NCBI GenBank assembly: GCA_030141605.1
Contig: JAQGDQ010000580.1
Coordinates: 72,027-136,026, forward strand
Source of the DNA: Tubiluchus corallicola
Taxonomy: Eukaryota; Animalia; Priapulida
Direction: 5' to 3'
Length of the DNA: 64,000 bases
Part shown: positions 1-57,500 of the stretch, piece after piece
How positions within the stretch are numbered: the stretch's first letter is position 1
How the letters are laid out: the number at the start of each line of letters is the position of its first letter
The notes under the pieces: generated by a model
Seen by the model: only the letters and a program-made list of their open reading frames with translations
Database searches by the model: none
Told to the model about the DNA's origin: nothing
Made by a program: the position numbers and the translations under genes

Positions 1-857
1 GAATGCAATCAACCATTAACAGTTCAAAGTCGTGTTCAACAGACAAAAAATTGTTACACGTAGACATCAACAAGAGTTTCTATAATGTCGTGGAATGACA
101 GTATTATTAGATTGTGGCACTGTCAGAAACAAAAAAAAGAACTTTTCTGCTTTTGGAGCAACTGAAACCTTGTGTTTAGCTTTCCTTTGACTCTGAAATC
201 AACGGAAGCTACACAATTTTAAAGTAACAGATGATAAAGATGGTCACTGATAATATACTAATAAAATTTGGTGTAATTATTTTGGACATTTGGACAAACT
301 ATAAAATGGTTCCAAATAAACACTTGGAGTGATATAGAGTAATTACAACTTTCACATACTTCAATACACTACGTTAAAGGTAGTACGTAATAAAAAAACA
401 CACAGCTAAAGAAACATCTACAAAAACAATAGTTCCATTCACACTTTGAAAGCATTTAAAACAAAATACAGGTACTCGACTCCCTTTAGGGAATTTAAAA
501 GAAAGACGGAGAGCACCGCCAAGCTCTTTTGGCACTTTTTGCATTGAAACTATTGTAAACAGAAAGTATTATTTAACTGAGTAGGACTAAATTTTCTCAT
601 GACAAAATCATAAAATTCTAAATTGAATGAATTCTAAATTATCTACAACTTAATATCATGACCACCTGACAAAAACTGAGGCCTGATGATGACGATGCTA
701 ACTCTCTACTTTCAACACATATAATTACACATATTCTCTATATTTACAGGTAATGATTAAGATGAGAATGAAAAATATCCTCAACACAAAATAGTTCTAG
801 ATTTGCTAATGCTAAGTAAGTCTCTATTTAGACAATTACTAAGCAATAAGAGCATAC

Positions 858-46488
<45,631 letters not shown>

Positions 46489-46699
46489 TTTTCAAGGAAT
46501 CGTGCTGAAAATTTACGAACAAATGCCTTCACAAGTCCTTAAATCCAATAACTTTTGGTGCACACTTTTACCATTGTATACACTGTAGCCGTAAAAACGC
46601 AACTGCAAAATTATTTTCCATGATTTTGCAAACTGAAGATCACAAATATTTCCACAGCACAACCAAAACACTCACATATTCTCAACACAAAATTTTGTT

Positions 46700-46810
46700 T
46701 TTTCTAGTACCACCGCCAGCGCCATCTAGCAGCGTCAATTTTTAACTTTTTTCAGATATTGCATTCCCGCCCTCTGACTACGGAACTATAATACACCATG
46801 GTGTATAAAA
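46700..46810 (-). promoter_or_regulatory. Putative GRK2 proximal promoter with a CTCF-like motif and a 16-bp palindrome
   Basis: Locally GC-richer patch 210-320 bp upstream of the ATG; CTGCTAGATGGCGCTG (minus, 46717-46732) resembles the CTCF core; ATACACCATGGTGTAT palindrome at 46791-46806. Confidence 0.4.
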
Positions 46811-47544
46811 AAATTATGTTAACCGTAAACTGGGTTTCAGATTTAAGAAAACGAATAGACCTTTTATTTTACAAAAGAAAACTTCAGAAATAACAGAAAG
46901 AATTTATAAGATTTTCATATAAATAATGCGAATTTATTTAAGAAATTTGCATTAAATAGTATCCTGCTACCTACTTGTATTACCATAATACTGGTGCACA
47001 ATATTTAGATTGGATGGTCCACAATCCCTTTTGTTAGCCCTTTCTCTAACGACTGACATTTGCAATAATTATTTGCAAGATACTTTTGTATTGACAGATA
47101 TGAATGCACAGAATGTGGTTAATTATGCATAATCATACGTCTTGACACACTAAAAGTCATGGCAATCAAGTAAAGCGAAAAAGAGAAAAGTATGGGTGAC
47201 AAATGTAGTCTATACATCAAAGAATTTATTATTTCTGTAATAAATATCAACAAAAAATCTACCAGTTATCTAACAAAGTTTACAAACCAAACAAGTGTAT
47301 ATTATTCTGAATTTAGTAGAGCCATAAAATCTTACAAATGTGCACCACAGACACTTTAAAATTTACCACAAACAATATGGAATAATATTTTGCACATGCA
47401 CCAAGACTACACATCTTGTGGCTAATGTGGGCTTAGGCATATGCTGCAAAAATACTGTTAAAATGCAATTACAATGTAATAAGTTCCTTCCACATATGAG
47501 ACACAGTAATGAATTTAATGACTGTAATGCTGGATGTGCGATCT

Positions 47545-47845
47545 AGGATTTGTTAACCTTGGGAGTCCGTGAAGGTTAGAAAACATTTCTTTGCAAATAA
47601 ATTAATTTTTTGTGGCATAGTCATAAATTTTTAAATGAAATTAAGAGTGTAAATTACAATTCTCTCAAATAGTTATTTTACACTTTTTGTGCATAATAAT
47701 AGCAATTAATTTTTAAATAGAATAAAAAATAAAAGTACTTATTCATCATATGCAAAATTCTATATTTGTGTGGACATTACAAGGAATGGCATTCATGGTT
47801 TTTCACCACAAAAGAGTCAGTGGATAAAAAAGGTTGAAAAACAGA
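47545..47845. mobile_element. Degraded hAT-type MITE
   Basis: Left aggatttgttaaccttgggagtccgtg and right gagtcagtggataaaaaaggttgaaaaacag resemble hAT MITE ends (CAGGG.TTCTCAACC / GGTTGAGAA..CTG). Confidence 0.4.
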
Positions 47846-48487
47846 TTTTACTTAATTGTTAATAAAAAATAAATAATATTAAGAACTATCAATGTGCATT
47901 TTGATATCCTTAGGTAAATTAAAATTTGATAATTGAAAAACAAATCTGTGTAAGAAAGATTTACCCAAATACTACAGAAATATGTGCAGCTAGATTAAAC
48001 TACAATGTAGTTTTTTGGTTTGCATAAATTTACCAATTTTTACGCAAAATACAGTGACTAATACAATAAATCCATGAATCGGCGATACTCAACTTCCATA
48101 AATTATTAACATTAATCCCACTTATGTCTTAATCCATCTGATAATGCAAGACTATTTTTGCAACATTTCTCTTAGCCGATATAAAGGACAATAGCATTAC
48201 ACATTATTTGGACAATTTAATTTTCATCTTAGATTACTGTCAAAAATGAGGATACTCAAATAAAGTTGGACTTGATACCAGCCGTACTAACAGGGCCTTG
48301 CAATGCCGACCTACTTACCAACTTTAAGAGTGTTATTACATGAAATTCACTTTCAAAATGTTTACTTTGTAGCAGCTGTTTAAATAAAAATGTGCATTTT
48401 TGGTACAGGTATAATTGTAAAAAGCAGAGAAATAACAAAGCAATAAATAATGTATAGATGGAAGATAGTAGATGTTGACATGGAAAA

Positions 48488-48583
48488 TCATAACGAGTTA
48501 TCCGCTGTGTTGTTATCACCTCCAGCTGTGGCAGAGACTAAACCATCCAGCTCTTTTTTATGTCCTGTTTCAACCAGCCATTC
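48488..48583 (-). CDS. TBCCD1: TBCCD1 coding exon 17 (stop)
   Basis: EWLVETGHKKELDGLVSATAGGDNNTADNSL*. Confidence 0.92.
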   Translation of the reverse strand, partial: EWLVETGHKKELDGLVSATAGGDNNTADNSL

Positions 48584-51500
48584 CTATAAAATGAAAGACA
48601 ACAATAAACATTTGGCTGTCTAAAGCTGTTAGCTGACCATAAGTATATATTATGTACTACTAACAGATTATGTATATGCAGACAGCAGGTAGAGCAGAAA
48701 AACAACTATTGTTCAATTCTACCAAAACAACTATTGTTCATGTTTATAATAATAAGTTAGGCGTATTCTTAACAATTTATAGGTATTCACACCTAAAAGC
48801 CTACTTTGTGCAAATTTCTAAGCTTCCAAAGGTATTTTAATATCAGATCATGGCAACAAGTTTTAAAGGTGATCTATAAAATAAAAAACATCTAGTAGCA
48901 ATACTGAATAAAAGTGTGACATAGCAGTTTCAATCACACTAGCAGACAACAAGACGTTGCTGTCAAGTTACCTGAAATTTGTTCTCGACTATAGTCTGGA
49001 ACTGCTTTTTTTGTTGTCGAGTGAGACCAGCTTGTTTAACTGATGCTTGCCAGACATTAATCTGCTCCTCACGTTGAGCAACAACAGTAGCAAACTCATC
49101 TGGCAAACTTCCAGGGATTACCTAAAAAGACATTTCAAGTGGAAAAATTGATTTACATTATAACGGTTATTGGACAAGGAAGATTCAATGTCATGCTGGG
49201 CCAGGTTTGAAAAACATTCTGAAAAAAAGCAGTAAAGTTTTTGTCCTCTCTTAAGCCAGCCTACCACTTTTACCAGCTTACAACTTACCAGAGAAAGAAT
49301 AATTACTAAATTTACCAGCAAGATCAAATACTGACAAAAATGGAGTGCATTTTTGAGAGTCTATCAAGCTAGAGAGGCTAAGCAGTTAATAAGTGTTATG
49401 GACAGACTTTACACAGACAACCATACACAATCAGTTGAAACAACTAAATTTACGAGCTGGCATCATTTACAACGTTACAATACCGTATTAACCAGCAAAC
49501 AAATATTTACAAACTTGCCTTTGTTTGTCCAGGCATTTCAAACGGAATACTGAATAGGTAAAAATTTTTAGGATCCATGATTCTCCAAACACTGCCATCT
49601 ACTTTGTAGTCCTTATCTAAAATGCCAAATTTGCAAGTAAGTTAAGCCCTTCATTAAAATGCAGATATTACACAGCTTCCCTATCTATAATAGCTTTAAT
49701 TCAACAAATTTTCTGCAATGAAATAGGAAGGTCAAATAATTATGAAGAAAAGCCTTTGCAGAGTAATTAAACCCTTATCTAGAAGTAATTAACAGTCTAG
49801 GCCACTCTGGGACAAAAGGAATCTAGTGTGCTGAATGACAGAAGTAAATCAATCATGGACTTTTTAGTGAATGGAAAAGAGATTACAAGGAAAATTGCTT
49901 ATGAATAGTTTCACCCGACAGACTACCTCCAACCATTTCTCACATCAAGGGAGGTTGTGCAAGCGCCCTGCCAATTTACCTTGATGATTAGCTAGATTCT
50001 GACCAAGTCAAGACCACCAACAAAGCAAATACGTACTGCCATTGAGTGCTAGACACCGACTAAATGCCGTGTCCATGTGCCAAACAGTTATAAAAACATC
50101 TTTATAAAGGAAAAAAATAACCGAGCTCTGCATGTACGACATAATGCAAACAGAAAGTACAATAACATTTAATTCTGCTAAAGTTTTGTCAAGCCTAGTG
50201 CTGCTATTGTTAAATCTATTTTCAGTAACTCAATCAAATAAGAACTTCAGTAGTATCATACAGAATACAGTAGTACAAGCATTTCACCTACCAATGCTAT
50301 ATATACAGTTCCACAAATTTGGTTTTGTAGACAAGCCCAGAGTTCGCATATGTTCTTCCAATTGTGCATAAAATGAGTGGTAAGGTGCTATAATCACATC
50401 TGAGCAATTAGGCAAGACCATGGGTCGATTTTGTGACATAACATGCACTATGCATGACGATGTCGAGCTGAAACAGCATGATTTAATAAATGAAATGCAG
50501 ATAATAAAATTTTGTCATTTTAGTATTTTATTGGCATCAACTTAGTGCAAATTTTAACTCAGTTCCTGCACTCTTGTTCTATCTATTTTCCTTGTCACAC
50601 TGAAATTTTTCAAGTGCCACTGTCGACCGGTCGCCCAGCTTATACTAACTTTTTGAAGTTCAGTGTTCCCTCACTTATCACGGGTGTTCCGTTCCAGGCC
50701 CACCCGCGATAAGTGAATTTCCGGGAAGTAGGGACGCTATACTTATTTTATACTTGTACTATAATCAACCAATCGTGTGTTGTGTACGATCTCACGTCGG
50801 CAAGTAGCATCTCAAGCGGGCGCAAGTACTACGTTTCGTTTTTGGTGTGTATTCATCCGCCGAATAAATACACTATTTACTGTAATATGAAAAATAAAAA
50901 CAATTTACAGATTCATAGATTGACTAGCTTTGATTTAAGACTTAACCCAGTTTGTATCTATCACATCAAGTGAGCCCAAACTAAAACATAGAAAGATACA
51001 GAAATCATTTATTGATTATTAACTATAACCCCATCAAGAAGGTATGTTAGTTTGTCACTTAGTTAGTTAGCTAGTTACTTAGTTAGCTAGTTAATAACAA
51101 AGTTACGCAAAAACTTCTTCACCAACTGTCATAAAACTTTGTTAAGGGGTGAAGAATGTCACAGAGAAGAATGCTTTCAATTTCGGCACAGTTCAAGGTC
51201 ATCCAGGAGGAATGGGGAGGTGGTGAAAACTGCCAATGACGAACACCATGTTGAGAAAACGTTTGTGTAGTGCTTGACAGGTGTCTTGGGAAACAGATTT
51301 ATGCTTAGGAAAAAAGAGGAACTGGGCTATAATATACACTTTTTTCTAAACACGATCAACAGAACGACTGACAGCAAATTATTTCCGGGTACTATTTAAA
51401 AAAATGATTTATGCTTAGGAAAAAAGAGGAACTGGGCTATAATATACACTTTTTTCTAAACACGATCAACAGAACGACTGACAGCAAATTATTTCCGGGT

Positions 51501-54500
51501 ACTATTTAAAAAAATTCTAACTTGGAAGCAACAGTAATGCACACCCATTGTGGTAATATCATCAATTATACTATACCCAAAACCTTCGCTCAGTCTATAT
51601 GTAAAAATGCCATATTTCACGTAAGAAACCAGAACAATTATTACTGATGACTTCTTAACCTAGCAGCTGTGTAGTTCACTAAAGTTTACTCGGTGGGCCT
51701 TGGCAGAAGTCTGCTCTCTACTGAGTGTCCTTCTAGTTGATAATTAGTTAATGATACCTCATTTAAAAAAGCCAAGACTGCTCTTAGGGAAGAGTACGGT
51801 CGACTTATCAATCTACGTAGCAGGGTAAAATCCAAGAAAAGTAAAAAAATCTGTCCATATGTAGCTATACCAGGTATATCAGATTTTATTATTTTAGCAG
51901 CTTTTTTAATTTCTTTCCTTACACTAAAATTTAACGTACTTGCTATAGTAATTAAAAATACCTAACAATAAGCTGCCTACAGACTGCGATAATTTTGATA
52001 CTGCTGCAACTGGTAACTTGTACAACTGTTTCCACAGCGCCCAGTACAATAGTTGAATTTCGACATTTCTGTACTATCACTGACCTAAAAGAACAAATTA
52101 TGCTTTCAGTGCAATAAATTTGGAAATTTTCTCTAACAAGCTAACATATACATATAGGGCTAACCAAAGAGAAACATGGGGCTATTATAGTATAATTTAA
52201 CTTAAAAAGCTAAAAACTGAAACTGTTAAACATCTAAAATACTGTTAAAGGCAAATCATAGCAAAAATAAAACAAGAAGACGTTTTAGCATTTTGGGGAC
52301 TTTTAAAAATTTTACTGTTACCTTTTCTAAAAATACATCTGTTTGTCACTTAATACATAACTGATGTCTGTTAAACATATCAGTTCTGGTATAATTTTAA
52401 TTAGCACACAAATGTTAATAAAGTAATGGTTAAACACACTAACCTCATAGGGGCTAAAAGATATATAAATGAATTGTTGCATCTGTGAACCTTGACACTA
52501 GCACTTCGTAATGTGCTACCCATCTGTTAAGACAAAACAGAAATGGAAAATGGCTTATTAACTAGACACCAAATTTTAAACTGCAAACAATAATTGACAA
52601 AAGCAACTGCTTTTTCTAAACATTTAAAAAAGACATTTTATTTACATATGAAAACAATAAGCAGAAACAGTTCTGTATTTTTTTCTAAATTTTATAAACA
52701 CTCTGTAAAATACTGCTGAATTTGGATTTGACACTGAGAATAGAATTACAGAATCAAATTTCCTGATACTGCCCACTTTGGGATGACAGAAAAATTTCGC
52801 ATTAGGCAAGTTTGGGATTATAATGAGGTGCACTGATACATACATGTCTGCGCAAATATAAGATTGGGCATTCAGGCGGCGAGATTAGCATTATAATGAG
52901 GGTTGAATGTAAAGTAGTTGTTCACGGGAAGAACAATTACTAGAAATATTATGCTCTCATTAGTACAATAATCTAAAATCTTGTCATAATTTCACTTACT
53001 CTTCCAATAGTCCTTTTGCAAAGTTGTGAGAGAATCACAGTCTTGTACCTATATTGAAAAAATAATACAAAGTCAGTTCAAGGTTAAAAATAAAAATATC
53101 CAGAAAAAATATAGTAAATGGGTAAAACAGTTATCTTCCAGTCTACATATCAATTCAACAAAGACCTCAATTTTGAGCAAAAAAGTCCTTGTGAACAATG
53201 TTGGTTAAAATCGTTTTTTACCAAGCAGTGCTGTAAAAATTACAGTCACATTTTGCAATCTGCACATCTATTACCTAATATAGAGGACATATGCAAGCAA
53301 GATCGGCAACAGTGCATGTGGTCCATTATTACGCTCATTTTGTTCTGACAGATCCAAGTACAGACAGGGAAACAGTTGGTACCTATTCGAAAATATCTAA
53401 TATGGCCTTGCATGAGAACAAACCCACAAACCTCACAAATTAAAAGCATGCATGCAACCAAAATTATCTAACTAATTAAAAGAGAACCTTGACTAAACAT
53501 ACCTTTTAATACACATCTTTTTAAAGATAAGATAAAAATGTAATTAACATCTATATCAGCACATGAATCATGCAAAAATATTCATAATAAAGACACGAAG
53601 TACACACATGAAGCACACATACTTACTTCGGTGGAGCATAGTTTTCATTTGAAACAAGCCGAGCTCCAGGTACGGCAGGAAGGATACTATTGTCAACAGC
53701 TGATGCATCTAAATTATAAAGAATGACATAATTTAAATTATGCATCACAAATTAGGGAAGAATTTTTATTTCATAAAGTAAAATAAGCAAATATATCACT
53801 AAGTTTCTTTGTAATTCCCTTCGAATCGAAATCACAATAACATGAATGCAAAAGATAACCATATCCATCCAGTAATGTTAATATGTCTTGAAATCACCAT
53901 TTGTTAAATAATAAACAAGCAAGAGGTTAAATACAATTAGCAAAATGTATATATTCTTACCGCCTAAAGGCCAAGATAAACGCCTACCACCACTAATACA
54001 AGATGATACTCCAAATGGGTTAACAGCCAAAGATGTTTGCAACCAAGAACGTAAAGTCTTAAAACCAAATGCGTTATGGGCCTACAAAAACCAAACATTA
54101 CAATAAAAATAACTGAGTCGGTCTTAATTATTTGTAATATTAATTTCAAGATCATCATTTAACAATAAAATAATTTAAGCTAAAAATTTAAAGTGTAGAC
54201 ATTCCTTAAATAATGTCATTGGTTTAAACCGATTTGTCAGTTACCAACTGAAATGCAAAAAATTCCCCAAGTCATAAAAATTTTTGATACCTTCGAATAG
54301 CCAGTTATAGTGGTAAGATTTGGAATGGTTGCTATAGCATGCAATGGAGTCGCAGAGCGACCTCTGTCTATTGATCCTCCAATTAACCAGCCTAGAGATT
54401 CAATGGCTTCCGCATCAATCATGGCTTCACCATGGCGATTAATCAAATCTACAGGAAAGTAAGAATTTTATAATCCAGATACCACAAAAATGAGCTACAA

Positions 54501-57500
54501 CTTTTTAATTTTTCAAGAATTTATATCACAAGCGTACCCGTATTTGTCAACAATTCCAAAATTGATGTTAAGTTGCTCACGACAAAGCTCAAATGATTGT
54601 GCTCATCTAGAGACTGAAATAAATAACAGATGATACAATCCAAGTGATCTAGTAAAACAAGTACAACATTTAAGCAAGACGTTGATGTGTGGAAAGCAAA
54701 AAAATGTTCAAATATGGCTCTTAAGAGCATATTTGAACACACACAATTTATTTATGATGTTAAACACACTCCATCATATTCTTATGTAGTTTACTATGCA
54801 CAAGCCTTATAAACTAAACTTGGTGTAACCAATTAACCACACTTGGCAGACAAACGACACAAGCTGGACATACCAAATCTGATTTCATCAGACATGTTAC
54901 AGGTACTTACTAGACTTAACTCTTAGAGGCAATTTATTAAGTAAGTTTTTAGTCGGATTAGACACAAAACTAATTGAACAGCTAATGGTAAGAAAATGTT
55001 TAATGTTTATACCTCTATCACTAATTGTTTGATCTGTATAAGCTACCAAAATTAAAATGCTCCAGTAGATTTGTCCCACATTCCTCAATGTTAGTTATTG
55101 TAGCAGTCAAAAGTTAAAGTCCCTCTTTATTTATAATTTTGGATTTTAAATTTCACCGGTGTACAACCACTATTATTCCTAATGTGAGACAGTATAAGAA
55201 TCGCAATACAAAAACAAATTACAGAAGTGTTCCATTAACATCATGCATTGTAAAAATTGTTGATTGGATAATAGTAAACAATTTTAGTGATTATTTAATT
55301 AGTTTGCATTACAGTTTGCATACAAAAAGAATAGCTCAATTGATATGTGCACATTGCTGCTTAAAGACACTGTCTGTTATTTCTTGGAAAAAAGCACACA
55401 TCTTATTGCTGCCTTTTGGAGCTTTTGAAAGCAAATGATAGGGTAAATGTCAATACTTTATTGTTTAAACTGCAAAATGAATCTAAACTACCAATACCTC
55501 TTATATTGCTCTTACTTGACTGTATAATAAACTAAGATATTTATGTAAAATGGAATGATTACAAATCTTATGCCTTTACTTCTACTATTGGTACAAGACA
55601 GGGCTATCTGGCATACTCTTTGCTGCTGATGATTTGTTAATTACATTAAAGAATGCTAAGAGTGGATGCTACTCGGCGAAGGACTTTTGTCGTGCTCTGG
55701 GGTAAGCAGACAAAATAACTCTGCTTCCTCTTCTTTGTTGGGCCCAACAGGAATGCTTAAAATTTGTGTATCTTTGGCTAATACTTATGACATATACTTG
55801 AGAAGTCCAAGGGTATTACATTTGACAGTGTAATGATGGAGAAATGCCTGTAGTGAAGATTTATGGCATCAGTTTGAAAAAGCGTCATAATATTGTTCAT
55901 TTAAGCCACTGCCAATTTTACAATCACGACCAAAACATGGATGTACTTCGATACAGAAATGAAATTGTTAAAGTGGAGAGTTCTTTACTGTGCTTTTTTA
56001 GATTTGTAAATAATAAGCAAGCACTGTTCTGTCTGTTTATATCATATTGTTGTTGATTGTAGAGTTGCACTATACATGTAATCACTGACAAATGTTATAA
56101 TTTCACATGTAGAGTTCAAAAAAAAAATCATCGGGTCTAGGAATACCAGCAAACTCTCATACTAATATGACTTATTGGATATCTGGAAAATAACTGTTTG
56201 AAACATTGATGGCAAAACATACAGAAAAACTGTTTAAAGGCTTATTTTAACAGAATATGCTAAAGTAGTTAGCATGATGTGTGTTACTATTTCATAAAAA
56301 CATATCTCACCATTAATCTAATAATGCCACACTTTCATTGTCATTTCCTGCACTCAGTAAATAGTTGAAATAATTCGACAGGAAATAAAACCTACCCTGC
56401 TACCAGCTGGTGATCCCTTGTTTTCTAGATCTGGAGATCTGGTTCTTAAGGGCCACCTAATTAATTCAAATTAAGGAAACATTCCAATTTAAAAATAACT
56501 TTACTAAAAACAGGGGTGTCAAGTATGATTTATGATTGAGTAATGCTGAATCACTGAACGAAACTATAATGCCAAAATGACAAAAAAGCATCTTAATGAC
56601 AATAATATTATCTGTTCACATTATTGCTAGTTTGAGACAGCACTAATAAAAGATCTTGCACTCTTAGTTTATCTGGCTTTCATTTCCTTTTCAATATGCT
56701 AAGCACGTACATAAGTGCAATTCAAACCGTAATACCTCAAAAGTTAGCCTAAAAACCAAACATAATTAAATAAAAAAATAATGAGGTATTTAACAAATGA
56801 CATGAAAAGATACTCTTCACCAGGTATCAGAGATGATCTCAAAGAAATCTTGTTCAAATGCTGTATAAACAACAGCAAAACAAAGTGATACGTGTCCACG
56901 GACATTTGACTTCTGACTTTTTCTAAAAAAAATAAAGATTTAATTAGCTATCTTTCAAACAACAGGAAAATGTATTTTAATTTTTACAAAAAGAATTTCA
57001 TTCAATATACCAAAAAATTAAAGAAAATAGGCCTAGTGACGTTATAATTACAGGTATAAAACTTTTTTTAAAGCCTAAAGTGTTTATTAACAGAGAAACA
57101 TTGAAAATAGAAATATTCTCATCTATTGGATCTTACAAAAGTTTAAATTCTTAATTATAAAAAGTAAATGAATTGCTGAATCGAGGAGGCAATTCCATAT
57201 TGGGAGTTTTATACCTGGTATGCAATGGCTTCGTAATGGATCGAACCATTACAATATAGTAGAGAGTGAAAATAAATGGCATTTTCGTAGTCATTACAGT
57301 ATTTTAAGCAGTATTCTGTGGCCTTTACTTTAAATGTGCAAGATGAAATGTTGCAGAAGTGAATTTTTGCATAAACTGCAGTATTATGATACTAACGATA
57401 AATTGTCATCTGCAGCTGAAGATCATTTTTGGTGGGCAGAATAAGCCATAAACACTTCTTAGTCCCCAAAATTGTTAATTGTTAATTAAGATTCTGCTTA

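Noticed and set aside
1-857. Search for the remaining GRK2 PH-domain exons
   Set aside because: No L.FMDQ-like coding segment found; the gene presumably continues left of the window.
53246-53461. Cys-rich 71-aa ORF inside TBCCD1
   Set aside because: Flanking exons 10 and 11 already join in frame and match TBCCD1; no recognisable domain.
54082-54290. Second possible U12 intron (donor GTATCA)
   Set aside because: The donor continues AAAA rather than CTT/TTT, there is no TTCCTTAA branch site, and a normal T-rich acceptor is present.
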